A DNA stretch of 63,626 bases, the filler included, from Octopus bimaculoides (lineage: Eukaryota), in the NCBI RefSeq assembly GCF_001194135.2. It is 7 parts of 6 records of this genome, joined end to end, with 100 filler letters (N's around TTAATTAATTAA, not from the genome) between each part and the next. Parts side by side here need not be neighbours in the genome. Positions count along the whole stretch, not along the records: positions 61,186 to 63,626 come from NC_068989.1; 6 more parts are not named here. One strand, written 5' to 3'. The notes under the pieces were generated by a model that saw only the letters and a program-made list of their open reading frames with translations, did not search any database and was not told the DNA's origin. A program made the translations under genes and the position numbers. Shown here piece by piece: positions 61,446 to 63,626 of the stretch (positions within the stretch are counted from its first letter, which is position 1; each line of letters starts with the position of its first letter).

Positions 61446-61693
61446 ATTGAAGATGACGATGACGATGATGACGATGACGATGATGACGACGACGGCAAGG
61501 ATGATGATCAAGACAACCACGGCTACGATCACGACCTCAACTAGAACCATGACGACCACCCTTAAAAGCCACCACCAGCACCAGCAGCACCACCACCACA
61601 ACCGCTACCAGCACCACGACGACAACAACGTTTGATGATTATGCTGATGACGGTAATGATGATGATGATGACGATGATGATGACGACGACGAC

Positions 61694-61725
<32 letters not shown>

Positions 61726-61750
61726 CGATGATGATGATGACGATGATGAT
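61186..61750. repeat. Compound (GAA)/(GAC)/(GAT) triplet tract
   Basis: Trinucleotide runs with internal higher-order duplication. Confidence 0.92.
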
Positions 61751-62329
61751 TGTTGTTGAAATCAATATATATCCAAGTAGTTTTTGTTATTGAATAGTGA
61801 GCAATACTTTTGTGGAAGTATTAGTGGGTTTTTGTCAATTGAAATCTTCATGGTCCATTAATCATTCTACGGCTACAGTCGGGGGGAAAAAAAATCTCTC
61901 TGCATCCCCATTTATTCGGTTTTCTTCTATGGAACCAAGATAAAAAACAAAAACAAAAACAAAACAACAACAAAACAATAATAAAAATCAACAAAAAAAA
62001 ATATCACAACACATACACCACTAATAAATAAATAAATAAATAAAATAAATAAATAAATAAATAAATAAATTAAGAAGGCAAGAAAAGAATAACAGAAAAA
62101 GTCGCCTACATTAAAAGAAAGGGAATGGAAGTAATAGTGGTCAGAAAATTATCGAATTTACATCAGTAGGCTTTAATCTATAACGTAAGAATCTTTGAAG
62201 ATGGGAACTGCGAAATAAATTAACCGTTGCAAACATGTCGGCTTCAAGTCTGCCGCTTAAAACGCAGCCCATAAATATTTAATCAATTAGGTAACTAATA
62301 AATGTACGCTGAACATTCCTTCCTACTCC

Positions 62330-62335
62330 ATATAT

Positions 62336-62374
<39 letters not shown>

Positions 62375-62691
62375 NNNNNNNNNNNNNNNNNNNNNNNNNN
62401 NNNNNNNNNNNNNNNNNNNNNNNNNNNNNNNNNNNNNNNNNNNNNNNNNNNNNNNNNNNNNNNNNNNNNNNNNNNNNNNNNNNNNNNNNNNNNNNNNNNN
62501 NNNNNNNNNNNNNNNNNNNNNNNNNNNNNNNNNNNNNNNNNNNNNNNNNNNNNNNNNNNNNNNNNNNNNNNNNNNNNNNNNNNNNNNNNNNNNNNNNNNN
62601 NNNNNNNNNNNNNNNNNNNNNNNNNNNNNNNNNNNNNNNNNNNNNNNNNNNNNNNNNNNNNNNNNNNNNNNNNNNNNNNNNNNNNNNNNNN

Positions 62692-62748
<57 letters not shown>

Positions 62749-62867
62749 TATGCATATATATATACGTATATATATACGTGTATATATATACGTGTATATA
62801 TATACGTATATCTATATACGTATATATGTGTATATATTCATACATACATACATACGTACATACATAT

Positions 62868-62936
<69 letters not shown>

Positions 62937-63098
62937 TAGATAGATAGATAGATAGAAAGATAAAACTTACTTGGAAAAGGAAGCGTGGCTTTCAATCATA
63001 TAATAATATAAATATATAGATATATGCATATATCCATACATATATGTACGTACCTACATCTATATGTATACATACATGCATATATGGGTACAGAACAT

Positions 63099-63171
<73 letters not shown>

Positions 63172-63380
63172 GTATATGTGTGTGTAAATATATATGTATG
63201 CATACATATATATACATGTACACACATATGTATATACATATACATACACATATATGTACACACACGCACACACACATATATACATACATACACACGCACA
63301 TACATACGTACATACATACATAAATACATATATACATACATATATATATATACATATATAAACGTACATATATATACACG
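62330..63380. repeat. Compound (TA)/(CA) microsatellite field with gap
   Basis: Dinucleotide runs. Confidence 0.92.
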
Positions 63381-63626
63381 CAATCGACAATTAAACTATT
63401 CACATCAACAGATTTTTAATTATTATTTCAAATTTGTGTCATTAAGTTCTCCATTATGCAGCCATCATTTCGAAAACAAAAAGAAAAGAAGAAAATAATG
63501 AAAACGTAAACTAGAATAATCGAAATTATCTTAGTGATTACAAGATAAGTCGTAAATATTTTGACCTCTTCATTAAGTACTTCAACATTTTCAGCATAAA
63601 ATTGATTGCTAATGAATGATATGGTG

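Noticed and set aside
61187-61545. Open Asp/Glu-rich frame (and poly-Lys/Met ORF) in the triplet tract
   Set aside because: Expected from GAN repeats; no start or splice context, and stops follow.

Overview
AT-rich, microsatellite- and SINE-saturated animal genomic DNA. The SINE families and repeat load point to an octopod cephalopod (inference). The window is a concatenation of seven segments joined by artificial 100-bp linkers (N44-TTAATTAATTAA-N44), so adjacency across linkers is not evidence of linkage. One host gene is clearly recognisable: a partial minus-strand folylpolyglutamate synthase (FPGS), with 6 well-supported exons and 1 tentative exon at 13.4-21.9 kb; its 5' and 3' exons are absent. 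The rest is mobile DNA: tRNA-derived SINEs, Penelope-like elements, R4/Dong-type RLE LINEs concentrated in (TAA)n arrays, RTE, CR1/L2-group and Tx1-like remnants, mariner and hAT pieces, a MITE family with 8-bp TSDs, and several long fold-back elements. The most unexpected signal is four complete, mutually unrelated type I hammerhead ribozyme motifs plus four partial ones, most with palindromic (dimer-type) stem III. One of them sits in a ~260-nt rod-like RNA structure just downstream of an RLE-LINE rather than a Penelope element. There is also a low-confidence plus-strand exon chain at 56.4-58.1 kb carrying a single in-frame UAG.
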